This document shows positions 18,002 to 27,150 of a stretch of 64,000 nucleotides of DNA, in pieces. A model generated the notes under the pieces. That model saw only the letters and a program-made list of their open reading frames with translations, was not told where the DNA came from and did no database searches. This DNA is from Armatimonadota bacterium (GTDB lineage Bacteria > Armatimonadota > HRBIN16), in assembly GCA_049969495.1 (NCBI GenBank), contig JBMFOT010000007.1:1689-65688 (forward strand), read 5' to 3'. The position numbers and the translations under genes were made by a program. Each line of letters opens with the position of its first letter. The first letter of the stretch is position 1.

Positions 18002-19590
18002 GTTCCTGTCCTCCTATCCTTCAGCGGCTCGGCAGGAGCCTCGCCCTCCAGCGTTTGTATCGCCTGCGGCAGGAGTCGGATGATGTCTCCCGCTATGAAG
18101 CCTGCCATTCCCAGCTCCTGCGCGGCGAGGTCGCCTGCCAGTCCGTGTATATATACGCCTGCTGCCGCGCCCTGTTGCATGTCCAAACCCTGCGCTATCA
18201 GTCCTGCTATCGCGCCGGTTAGCACATCGCCGCTACCGCCCGTTGCCATGCCCGCGTTGCCAGTAGGGTTTACCCAGATTCTGCCTTCGGGTGTGGCGAT
18301 AACGGTGCGCGCTCCCTTCAACGCCACAACTGCCCCAAAACGCTGCGCCGCCTGTCGCGCCATCTCCAGCCGGTCCGCCTGCACCGTCGCGGTATCGGTG
18401 TTCATCAGCCTCGCCATCTCGCCCGGGTGGGGGGTGAGCACCAGTGACGGGTGTCCAGCAGGCAGGATGTCCGGCTCCAGCGCGATGCAGTTGAGCGCGT
18501 CGGCGTCGATAACGCAGGGAACCCGCGCGACAGCCAGCAGTTTTCGCAACGCCTCGCGGGCAGGTGGGTGGGTGCTCCAACCCGGCCCGATGGCGAGCAC
18601 GTTCGCCCTCTGCAGCAACGGCGTCATCGCGTCGACGGATTCTGCGCTCAGGCAACCTTCGGGCGCGTCGGATAGCGGATGCACCATCGCCTCGCGCAGA
18701 GCGCTGGCTGCAGCGGCGTAGACGCTCTGCGGAACCGCCACAGAACATAGCCCTGCGCCCACGCGCAATGCGGCTTCTGCCGCCATCATCGGCGCGCCCG
18801 CCAACCCCACCGAACCGCCCACCACCAGTACATGCCCGAAATGCCCTTTATGTGCATCCGGCGGGCGAGCAGGCAACCATTCGCGCACCTGTTCCCGCGT
18901 TATCAGACGGCGAGGGATGTTTGCCTGTTCCACCACCACAGCAGGGATGCCGATGTCGGCGACCACTACCTCTCCCGCATACTCCGCGCCCGGGTAGACC
19001 GCCAACCCCACTTTCATCGCGCCGAAGGTGACAGTGAGCCTCGCACGCACGGCGCAACCGCATACCGCACCGGTATCGGCGTCGATTCCGGATGGCACGT
19101 CCACTGCCACGACCGGCACAGCGCACCCTTCAAAGAAGCGTATCACCTCGCCGATGAGCCCGCGCACCTCGCCGGTGACGCCGATACCCAGCAGGGCGTC
19201 CACCACGATGTCCCATCCACTCGCCCAGAGGTCGCGCAGTTGGTCGATGGAGCGCAGCACATGTAATGGCAGTTCCAGTTTCTGCACGATGCGCAGGTTG
19301 GTCAGGGCGTCGCCTGCCACTTTGGCAGGGTCTGCAACCAGTACCACTAGCACCTCCGCGCCGCGTTGTGCCGCGTGACGCGCCACCACCATCCCGTCGC
19401 CGCCGTTGTTACCGCCGCCGCACAACACCAGCACGCGCTTGCCCTGCCAGTTGCCGAACCGTTTCTCTGCCTGATTTACCACCTGCAAGCCCGCGTTCTC
19501 CATCAGCAGTAAGCCGGGGATGCCCATCTCCTCGATGGTTCGGCGGTCCATCTGGCGCATCTCCGCGGCAGTCACCAGCACCGGCAACAT
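17998..19590 (-). CDS. nnr: Bifunctional NAD(P)HX epimerase/dehydratase
   Basis: GGGNNGGDG, DVPSG, KGHFGHV, TPHPGEM, GMATGGSGDVL. Confidence 0.95.
   Translation of the reverse strand: MLPVLVTAAEMRQMDRRTIEEMGIPGLLLMENAGLQVVNQAEKRFGNWQGKRVLVLCGGGNNGGDGMVVARHAAQRGAEVLVVLVADPAKVAGDALTNLRIVQKLELPLHVLRSIDQLRDLWASGWDIVVDALLGIGVTGEVRGLIGEVIRFFEGCAVPVVAVDVPSGIDADTGAVCGCAVRARLTVTFGAMKVGLAVYPGAEYAGEVVVADIGIPAVVVEQANIPRRLITREQVREWLPARPPDAHKGHFGHVLVVGGSVGLAGAPMMAAEAALRVGAGLCSVAVPQSVYAAAASALREAMVHPLSDAPEGCLSAESVDAMTPLLQRANVLAIGPGWSTHPPAREALRKLLAVARVPCVIDADALNCIALEPDILPAGHPSLVLTPHPGEMARLMNTDTATVQADRLEMARQAAQRFGAVVALKGARTVIATPEGRIWVNPTGNAGMATGGSGDVLTGAIAGLIAQGLDMQQGAAAGVYIHGLAGDLAAQELGMAGFIAGDIIRLLPQAIQTLEGEAPAEPLKDRRTGT
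18025..18051. repeat. REP family D (GGAGGGCGAGGCTCC..) inside the 3' end of nnr
   Basis: cggctcggcaggagcctcgccctccag matches the copies at 20484, 29246 and 29317; encodes LEGEAPAEP. Confidence 0.75.
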
Positions 19591-19593
19591 GCT

Positions 19594-20328
19594 CTATCCC
19601 TCCTGGCGCTGTGCGATGATGGCACGCACCCGGTTCAGGTCTTCCTCCGTATCGACGCCGATGGAGGTCTGCTCTACGCGCACCATGCGGATACGGTAAC
19701 CGTTCTCCAGCACGCGCAGTTGCTCCAGCATCTCCATCTGTTCCAGCGGGGTCGGTTCCATCGCCGCGTACTGGAGCAGGAAGTCGCGCCGGTAGGCGTA
19801 GATTCCCAGATGTTTGTAGACGATGGCGGGAGCAGAGGGGTCGCGTGGGTAGGGGATGCGCGAGCGTGAGAAGTACAGCGCGTTGCCCATGCGGTCTACC
19901 ACCACTTTCACCACCGTCGGCTTGTCCTTTTCCTCCTCGGTAGCGGGGCACATCAGACTGCTCATCGGCAGAGCAGGGTCTTCGAGGAGCGGACGCGCGA
20001 CCGCGTCGATGTTCTCCGGTGGCATGAGCGGTTCGTCACCCTGAATGTTCACGATGACCTCTGCGGAGAGGTTTTGCGCTGCCTCTGCCAGCCGCTCGGT
20101 GCCGGAGCGGTGCCTGGGCGAGGTCATCACCGCGATACCGCCGAAAGCGCGTACCACTTCGGCGATCTCTTCATCGGGCGTGGCGACCATCACCTCGCGC
20201 AGCGTTTTCGCCTGTTTCGCATTGTGCCAGACCCACCATATCATCGGTTTGCCCGCGATGTCCAGCAAGGGCTTGTTCGGCAAACGAACCGCCGCCAGCC
20301 GCGCCGGAATGATGCCCACGACTTCCAT
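19594..20328 (-). CDS. kdsB: 3-deoxy-manno-octulosonate cytidylyltransferase
   Basis: IIPARLAAVRLPNKPL, NIQGDEP, YFSRSRIP, HLGIYAY, EMLEQLRVLENG. Confidence 0.95.
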   Translation of the reverse strand: MEVVGIIPARLAAVRLPNKPLLDIAGKPMIWWVWHNAKQAKTLREVMVATPDEEIAEVVRAFGGIAVMTSPRHRSGTERLAEAAQNLSAEVIVNIQGDEPLMPPENIDAVARPLLEDPALPMSSLMCPATEEEKDKPTVVKVVVDRMGNALYFSRSRIPYPRDPSAPAIVYKHLGIYAYRRDFLLQYAAMEPTPLEQMEMLEQLRVLENGYRIRMVRVEQTSIGVDTEEDLNRVRAIIAQRQEG

Positions 20329-20483
20329 ACTCTCCTCCTCCTTCCCTGTAATCATTCGCCACCCCTCTGAGCGATTCCCCTGTGTCTGTGTTTACTCTGC
20401 AGCAGGGCAATTCTGGCTAAAAAACCGGTGGCACAGTGGGGTAGTAGTGGAGCGTCAAGCATGATTCCTGGCTTCTTAGCCAG

Positions 20484-20544
20484 TTGGAGGGCGAGGCTCC
20501 TGCCGGGCCGTCTGTTTGTGGTCACGACGGAGGCGACCCTCCAA
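20484..20544. repeat. REP family D inverted doublet
   Basis: ttggagggcgaggctcctgccgggccg followed by the inverse variant gtcacgacggaggcgaccctccaa. Confidence 0.75.
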
Positions 20545-20566
20545 AAATTCCGGATTTGACGGTATG

Positions 20567-21166
20567 CTAAGATTCCGAAAAGTACTCCTCCAGATGCTCG
20601 CGCAGCAGAGCGCGGGCGCGGTGTAAACGTGCCTTCACCGCCGCCACGGTCAGACCTGTGCGCTCCGCCGTTTCCTGATTGGACAGGTCCTCCATGTCGC
20701 GCAGGATAAGCACCTCGCGCAGGTTGGGGGGTAGTTTGTCTACTGCCTCGCGCACTTTCTGGCGTACCTCTTCATCCAGAAGTACCTGCTGGGGGTTTGG
20801 GGCAGTGGTGTCTATCATCTGGCGAAGCAGGTTTTCAGCATCCTCTTCCTCGCCGAGAGGCTGGTCCAGTGAGACGGTGGGGTGCGCCATAATCTGCTGC
20901 TGCTTGCGCATACAGAGGTTTTTGGCGATACGGAACAGCCAGGTGGCAAACGAGGCGTCCCCTCGAAACCGAGGCAGGGCACGGAAGGCGCGAATCATCG
21001 CCTCTTGCAGTACGTCCGCTGCAAGGTCCGGGTTGGCACAGGCACGGGTCATCGCCCGATACACCTGTGCCTGATAGCGGTGCACCAGTCGGTCAAACGC
21101 ACGGCTGTCACCCTGCTGGGCGGCGCGAATCAGATGGCGATCCTCGCGAGTGGACATAATACTCAT
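20567..21166 (-). CDS. ECF RNA polymerase sigma factor
   Basis: Region 2 (DVLQEAMIRAF, FATWLFRIAKN) and region 4 (LSNQETAERTG..VKARLHRAR). Confidence 0.93.
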   Translation of the reverse strand: MSIMSTREDRHLIRAAQQGDSRAFDRLVHRYQAQVYRAMTRACANPDLAADVLQEAMIRAFRALPRFRGDASFATWLFRIAKNLCMRKQQQIMAHPTVSLDQPLGEEEDAENLLRQMIDTTAPNPQQVLLDEEVRQKVREAVDKLPPNLREVLILRDMEDLSNQETAERTGLTVAAVKARLHRARALLREHLEEYFSES

Positions 21167-21257
21167 CTCACCCCCTCTTATCCATTCGTGTCGACCGACA
21201 GGGTTTCCTCTACGAGAAGGTATCCCTCACCGGGGTGCAGGAGGCGTACGTGATAAC

Positions 21258-21561
21258 CTACGCTCCGCTCCGGAAGGTGAGCAGGGTCAGCGAAAGCGGT
21301 GCAAAGGTGTAGCGTAAGCCGTTCTTGCCCGCCCTGTCTGTGCCTTTCACGATGCGCACTGCCTCCGGCTGTTCGAAGCTGTTCTGCGCGGTGGGGCTAT
21401 CGCCCGCCAGCGACTGAACGGTTACCGTGATACACATTGCGTCCGAGATGCTCGGTGAACTTGCCGAAAAGGCGGGGGCTAATCGTTTGCTCCCGCCGCT
21501 CCCCGACAAACACCTCCAGACGTGGCGCGCTGTCCTCCATGAAGCGAATCAACGGTTCCAT
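21258..21561 (-). pseudogene. GH51 alpha-L-arabinofuranosidase-like remnant: N- and C-termini fused out of frame
   Basis: RBS GAGGAGG plus ATG 21561 gives MEPLIRF..ISPRLFGKFTEHLGRNVYHG, stop at 21397; a second frame from ~21430 gives TVTVQSLAGDSPTAQNSFEQPEAV..YTFAPLSLTLL*. Confidence 0.8.
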
Positions 21562-21570
21562 TCTTCCTCC

Positions 21571-22464
21571 TCACCCTGTTAGAATCTGCTTCAACATGCC
21601 AAGTGTCTCGTCTATCTGTTCGCGCTTCTCGAACCCGATGATGAGGTTGTCCACGCATCGCTGCGCTACCACGAAGCGCAGGCTCTCCTCCCGCTCCTGA
21701 GGGGTAAGGAACCTGCCCTCTCCGAAAATCTTCATGCCGATAACGCCTTTTCCAGCCGACCGCATCTGGCGCAGCAGTTCGGCAATCTCCTCGGGTTTGC
21801 CGTCCATCGCCGTACCTCGATGGTTGATGCGAGCCAGCTGCACCTGCACCCAGGGCGAAGCCTGCGATGTTTTTAACGCGGGCAGGCTGTGACACGAGGT
21901 GCCGTGCGCACGGATGAGCTTTTTCTGGCGCGCCTCTTCCAGTGCGTCTCGCATTGCCTTCAGGTCATCTGCCCAGCTGGCTTCCGTCGTGCAGTGGAGC
22001 AGCACGATATCGAGGTAGTCCGTACCCAGCTCCTGCCGGAATCGGTCGATAGCCTGTTTCGCATCGGTCACCTGTTCGGGCAAGCCCATCGGGCGGAACC
22101 AGATTTTGCTCTGGATGACAATCTTCTCGCGCGGAATGCCTCGCAGTGCCTCGCGCAAGAAGGGATGCGTGCCGTACAGGTCGGCGGTATCGAAGAAGGT
22201 GATGCCGTTATCGTAGGCGTGCCGAATGAGCGCGATGAACGCCTCCTTGCCCATGCGGGTATGGTTGGACTGGCGCATCCAGCCGCGCATTCCCGTGCCA
22301 ATACCCGCGAAGGATGCTTTAATGCCCGTTTTACCCAGCGCGACCAGCTCCGTTGGCGAACGCACAGGAGGCTTCTGCTGGGCATCTATGCCTGTGTCCA
22401 GTAGCATCCCTCCCGCTCCCACGAGTACGGTTCCAAGAAACTCACGACGTGTCATCGGTTGCAT
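21571..22464 (-). CDS. Aldo/keto reductase family protein with a Tat-like signal
   Basis: TRREFL twin-arginine motif; GITFFDTADLYG, DYLDIVLLH, GVIGMKIFG. Confidence 0.88.
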   Translation of the reverse strand: MQPMTRREFLGTVLVGAGGMLLDTGIDAQQKPPVRSPTELVALGKTGIKASFAGIGTGMRGWMRQSNHTRMGKEAFIALIRHAYDNGITFFDTADLYGTHPFLREALRGIPREKIVIQSKIWFRPMGLPEQVTDAKQAIDRFRQELGTDYLDIVLLHCTTEASWADDLKAMRDALEEARQKKLIRAHGTSCHSLPALKTSQASPWVQVQLARINHRGTAMDGKPEEIAELLRQMRSAGKGVIGMKIFGEGRFLTPQEREESLRFVVAQRCVDNLIIGFEKREQIDETLGMLKQILTG

Positions 22465-22485
22465 GGCTTGCGCACCTCCGCCTGT

Positions 22486-22515
22486 ATTATACGCTCTCGG
22501 CAGGAAGACTGTCTA
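22486..22515 (-). promoter_or_regulatory. Sigma70 promoter candidate for the AKR operon
   Basis: TAGACA-N18-TATAAT on the minus strand. Confidence 0.55.
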
Positions 22516-22730
22516 TGAGCTGGTGGTTTTTCAATCCTGATTATTTGGATGCAGGCGAACTGAACGCAGGGAGCCTCACCCTCCAGGTGGCGTCCGACGC
22601 GGTGCGTGCGCTGGTGGCGTTTGCCCAGAGCCTCTGGTCGGTGCTTATCTGGGTGGCGGTGTGGGCGGTGGTATGGCTGCCGATAGCTGCGATTGGCTGG
22701 CTGGGCTATCGTCGCTGGCGCAGGGTGTGA
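22515..22730 (+). pseudogene. Probable 3' remnant of a DUF4349-like membrane protein
   Basis: 71 codons, no clear RBS; amphipathic helix plus TM plus RRWRR stop-transfer, resembling DUF4349 C-termini. Confidence 0.4.
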
Positions 22731-22803
22731 GCAGCTGCTCGCACGAAGTCACTGAAGAGAAACTTCACGCTCTTCGCGCCTTCGTGTGAGCCTTTTATCT
22801 GCC

Positions 22804-23727
22804 CTAAAGCACCTTCCCCGTGATGCGCCGATACGCCTCGCGGTATTTCTCGGATGTTTTCGCCACCACTTCGTCCGGCAGGGTGGGAGCGGGTGGGGTC
22901 TTATCCCATCCGGTGCTCTCCAGCCAATCGCGCACATACTGCTTGTCAAAGCTCGGTTGCGAGCGTCCGGGCATGTAATCATCCACTGCCCAGAAGCGCG
23001 AAGAGTCGGGAGTGAGCACCTCGTCGATGAGCAGAATGCGCCCCTCTTTCTCGCCGAACTCGAACTTGGTATCGGCGATGATGATGCCTTTTTGCGCCGC
23101 GTCTTCGCGGGCGAAGCAGTATACCTCTATGCTCAGGCGCTCCAGCTCCCAGGCTACCTCGCCCGCAATCTGTACCGCCCGCTCCATGCTGATGTTTTCA
23201 TCGTGTCCGATCTCCGCTTTGGTGGCAGGGGTGAAGATGGGTTGCTGCAGACGGTCGCTCTCGCGCAACCCGGCGGGCAGGGGAATGCCGTGCAGTGTCA
23301 CCGGTTTCTCCATGCCTCCCGCCTGCACGTACTCTTTCCACAGCGACCCCGCCAGGTATCCACGCACCACGCACTCGATGGGATAAGGCTTCGCTTTGAC
23401 CACCAGCATCGAGCGTCCGTCCAGCATTTCACACGCGTCGGCGTCCAGCTGACCACCTGCGGCAACAACCGCTTCCGCAATCGCGTCGATGTCTGCGCTG
23501 AGCAGGTGATTGGGCACGATGTGCTCCGTTCGCTCGAACCAGTATAGCGAAAGCTGCGTCAACACGCGCCCTTTGTCGGGAATGCCGTTGGGTAGCACGA
23601 CGTCGAAGGCGGAGATGCGGTCGGTAGCGACGATGAGCAGCTTATCGCCCAGGTCGTAGATGTCGCGCACTTTGCCCCGCTTTGGCTCTGGCAAACCGGG
23701 GATCCGGGTGTAGGTAACCGTTCGCAT
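22804..23727 (-). CDS. purC: SAICAR synthetase
   Basis: [65 protein letters not shown]. Confidence 0.97.
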   Translation of the reverse strand: MRTVTYTRIPGLPEPKRGKVRDIYDLGDKLLIVATDRISAFDVVLPNGIPDKGRVLTQLSLYWFERTEHIVPNHLLSADIDAIAEAVVAAGGQLDADACEMLDGRSMLVVKAKPYPIECVVRGYLAGSLWKEYVQAGGMEKPVTLHGIPLPAGLRESDRLQQPIFTPATKAEIGHDENISMERAVQIAGEVAWELERLSIEVYCFAREDAAQKGIIIADTKFEFGEKEGRILLIDEVLTPDSSRFWAVDDYMPGRSQPSFDKQYVRDWLESTGWDKTPPAPTLPDEVVAKTSEKYREAYRRITGKVL

Positions 23728-23752
23728 TGATACTCAACCTCTTTCCCGAAGG

Positions 23753-24033
23753 ATGAAGCACTGCTTCTTGCGAATCTTGTTTCAGGGGTGATAGCGGTGC
23801 AATCTCGCAATGTCCCTGATTACCCGAACAATCCATTCGTCGTCAAGATGGAGATTCCTGCCCCGCAGGACAGCGCGGGAAGCCTTATTGTGGCGGACCT
23901 GAATAACGACGGGCGCATGGACTATCTGGTCACCGTGCCGGGGCACGTTGCCGCCTACGCCTGGGACGGGAGAAAGCTGTGGGGGCTGAAGACCGATGGT
24001 CTTGCAGGCTATCCGATGGGTGGCGGGGGGTAA
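23753..24033 (+). pseudogene. Frameshifted and truncated FG-GAP-repeat secreted protein remnant
   Basis: One ADLNNDGRMDY Ca-binding repeat followed by an early stop; ATG 23753 is one base out of frame with a hydrophobic signal (ALLLANLVSGVIAVQ). Confidence 0.65.
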
Positions 24034-24062
24034 AGGCAAACGAAAGATGAGGTAGTGAGCCG

Positions 24063-27000
24063 ATGGGATGGATGAAGGCTTTTCGCAATCCGGGAACGGA
24101 ATATCGCGGCGCACCGTTCTGGTCGTGGAACGACCATCTGGAAGATGCCGAGCTGGTGCGCCAGATAGAGAGCATGATGCAGGCAGGCATGGGCGGTTTC
24201 TTTATGCACTCCCGCACCGGCCTGCTGACCGAATATATGTCTGAGCAGTGGATGCAGCACATCCGCACCTGCGTTGGCGCTGCGAAAGAGCGCGGGATGC
24301 TGGCGTGGTTGTACGATGAAGACCGCTGGCCCTCCGGCTTCGCCGGAGGTGACGTGCCCGCCATGCACCCTTCGTTTCGCGCAAAGCATATCACCTGGCA
24401 ACGCGGAGAGGCAAACGATGTTACCGAAGGCGGCGTGCTGGCCACTTACCGCTGTGTGGAAGAGAACGGGCAGCTGCGCGATTTCCGCCTGCTTCATGAA
24501 GGCGAAGAGGTGCCTCCTGGGCAAACTATCGTCCGCTTCGTCTGGCGTTATGACCCACCCAGCCCCTGGTACAACGGCGGAAGTTATCTGGACACCCTCA
24601 ACCCCGAGGCGGTCGCCGCCTTTCTGCACCATACTTACGACGCTTACGCGCGCGAAGTGGGCGAAGAGTTCGGTAAAACGGTGCCGGGCATCTTCACCGA
24701 TGAGCCTCACTACGGCAAGTTCTTCCAGCCCGATAAGCTACCCTTCACCGAACGGCTGCCGGAGGAGTTTCAGAAAGCGTACGGCTATTCGCTGATAGAG
24801 GCGTTACCCGCGCTCTTCTTCGACGCCCCCGATGCCTCTGCGCACCGTTATCGCTTCCATCGACTGTTGACCCAGATGTTCGTGCAGAGCTTCGGTAAGC
24901 AGCTTTACGATTGGTGCGAACGGCACGGCATCCACCTCACGGGGCACTACCTGCTGGAAGACACTTTCCCGGAGCAGATTGCCGCCATCGGCGCGGCGAT
25001 GCCCCTGTACGAGTACATGCAGTCGCCGGGCATTGACCACCTGGGCAGGCGTTTGCCGGAGGCATTGCTGGCACGGCAGGTTTCCAGCGTAGCGCGGCAA
25101 ATGGGCAGGCGGCGTGTGTTGTGCGAGACCTACGGCTGTTCGGGATGGAATATCTCCTTCGCCGAGCAGAAGTGGATTGCGGACAGCCTGTTCGTGCAGG
25201 GTGTGACCTACATGAACCAGCATCTTGCCCTGTACTCGATGTGGGGCGGGCGCAAACGCGACTTCCCGCCTTCTATCTTCTACCAGCAGCCCTGGTGGAA
25301 GTATTACCGCTACCTCTCCGACTATATGGCGCGGGTGACGCTGATGATGCGGTCGGGCACGCCTTGCAGCGAGCTGTTAGTACTACATACCATCGGCTCG
25401 GGGTGGGCAACCTTCCGACCGGATAACCAGCAGCGATGTGCCCGCTACGGCGAGGCGTGTATGCGCGTCAGCACCTGGCTGAACGAGATTCAGCACGACC
25501 ACGACTTCGGCGATGAGCTTATCATGCAGCGGCACGCGCGCGTAGAGGGCGAGTATCTGGCAATCGGGCAGGCGCGCTATCGTCTGGTGGTGATCCCTCC
25601 TGCGCTGACGCTGGCACGCTCCACCGTGCAGTTGCTGCACGAGTGGCTGGATGCCGGCGGGCAAATGATCGCTGTTGGTGAGACAGCCTCGCAGGTAGAG
25701 GGCACTCCTGCCGGGGAAGAGCTCGCCGCGTTGTGGAACCACCCGAACGTGACGCGCATCCCTGAGGATTGTACCGCCCTGCAGGAGGCGGTGGATGCTC
25801 TGCTCCCGCCGGTGGTGCGCGTGACCACTCCCGGCGGCGACATCTGTCGTTCCGTTTACGCGCGTCTGGTGCGCAGCGACGACGGTGAGCTGGTGCTGTT
25901 CCTGGTGAACCGTGCGCTGGATGATGACTATGGCGAACTCACCGTACATGTGCGCGGTGAGGGGCATCTGAGCCTGTGCAAGGCGGAGACAGGGGAGATT
26001 GTCGCCCTGCCGATAGAGAAAACGGGTGAAGCGATACAGTGTGCCTTGCCGTTCGGTCCGGCGCAGTCGTACCTGCTGGTGCTGGATGGCAGCGCAGGCT
26101 GTGCGCATGAGCGCAGAAAGCATCCGGCTATGCAGATAGACCTCGACGGCAACTATCGAGTGGAGCGTACCGAACCCAACGTGTTGCTGCTGGATTACGC
26201 TACGCTGACCATCCCCGGTCAACCGCCTACCGCACGCCTGCCGATGTGGAAACTGCATCTACACCTTGCAAACCATCTGGGCATTGACCCCGACCTGCAC
26301 AACAGCGGGGTGTCGCTGTGGAAGCGCGAACGAGATCGCCACTCGCCGCCCAAAACGTGCGACGTGGTGCTGACCTATACCTTCGAGAGCCGCATCGAGC
26401 CGGGGGCGCCGGTGATGCTGGTGGTGGAAAAGCCGGAGTTCAGCCGGTTCGTGGTGAACGGCGTGGAGGTGGAGAGTAAAGACGCGGGGTGGTGGCTGGA
26501 CATCGGCTTTCGCAAACTGGATATTTCAGGAGTCCTGCGCAAAGGTGTCAACGTGATCGAACAACATCTCCACTTTGTGGAGGGACTGGTGCTGGAACCT
26601 GTTATGGTATTGGGAGACTTCGGAGTGCTGCCGATGAAGGAAGGTCAACAGTTCGTACTGGACACGGAGCCAGAGAGTATCACCCTGGACGACTGGTGCT
26701 CGCAGGGGTATCCCTTCTACTGCGGGTCACAGCGGTTCACGTGGGGAGTGCGCCTGCCCGGAGAGGCACAGCGCGTGGTGCTGGAGTGCCAGAAGCCCTA
26801 TGCGCCGGTGTGCAGCGTGCATGTCAACGGGCAGTATGCCGGTTTGCTGGCGTGGTATCCGTACGAAGTAGACATTACCGACCTCGTGCATGAGGGCGAG
26901 AACGAAATCACGGTGGAGGTCTTTACCAGCCCGCGTAACCTGCTCGGACCGTTGCATCACCAGCAGGGCGAGCTGTACGGCGTGGGACCGGAAAGCTTCA

Positions 27001-27083
27001 CCGCGGGAGACGCGTGGACAGACGAGTACCGGTTCGTGCCATACGGTCTGCTCGCCCCGCCTCGCATCCTGGTTTACGAGTAG
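24063..27083 (+). CDS. Glycoside hydrolase, GH106 (alpha-L-rhamnosidase)-like
   Basis: GMGGFFMHSRTGL, WLYDEDRWPSGFAGG, GIFTDEP, CETYGCSGW; C-terminal beta-sandwich; no signal peptide. Confidence 0.78.
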   Translation: MGWMKAFRNPGTEYRGAPFWSWNDHLEDAELVRQIESMMQAGMGGFFMHSRTGLLTEYMSEQWMQHIRTCVGAAKERGMLAWLYDEDRWPSGFAGGDVPAMHPSFRAKHITWQRGEANDVTEGGVLATYRCVEENGQLRDFRLLHEGEEVPPGQTIVRFVWRYDPPSPWYNGGSYLDTLNPEAVAAFLHHTYDAYAREVGEEFGKTVPGIFTDEPHYGKFFQPDKLPFTERLPEEFQKAYGYSLIEALPALFFDAPDASAHRYRFHRLLTQMFVQSFGKQLYDWCERHGIHLTGHYLLEDTFPEQIAAIGAAMPLYEYMQSPGIDHLGRRLPEALLARQVSSVARQMGRRRVLCETYGCSGWNISFAEQKWIADSLFVQGVTYMNQHLALYSMWGGRKRDFPPSIFYQQPWWKYYRYLSDYMARVTLMMRSGTPCSELLVLHTIGSGWATFRPDNQQRCARYGEACMRVSTWLNEIQHDHDFGDELIMQRHARVEGEYLAIGQARYRLVVIPPALTLARSTVQLLHEWLDAGGQMIAVGETASQVEGTPAGEELAALWNHPNVTRIPEDCTALQEAVDALLPPVVRVTTPGGDICRSVYARLVRSDDGELVLFLVNRALDDDYGELTVHVRGEGHLSLCKAETGEIVALPIEKTGEAIQCALPFGPAQSYLLVLDGSAGCAHERRKHPAMQIDLDGNYRVERTEPNVLLLDYATLTIPGQPPTARLPMWKLHLHLANHLGIDPDLHNSGVSLWKRERDRHSPPKTCDVVLTYTFESRIEPGAPVMLVVEKPEFSRFVVNGVEVESKDAGWWLDIGFRKLDISGVLRKGVNVIEQHLHFVEGLVLEPVMVLGDFGVLPMKEGQQFVLDTEPESITLDDWCSQGYPFYCGSQRFTWGVRLPGEAQRVVLECQKPYAPVCSVHVNGQYAGLLAWYPYEVDITDLVHEGENEITVEVFTSPRNLLGPLHHQQGELYGVGPESFTAGDAWTDEYRFVPYGLLAPPRILVYE

Positions 27084-27150
27084 TCACGGCTCTTTCCCGA
27101 GAGAGTACACTGCTGGTGGGGTGGTCCGTTAATCCTTGTGTGGCGGAGTA

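Noticed and set aside
21190-21225. Autoregulatory ECF promoter (GGAAAC..CGAAT) upstream of the sigma gene
   Set aside because: The spacer of 14-15 bp is short for ECF promoters and the group consensus is unknown.
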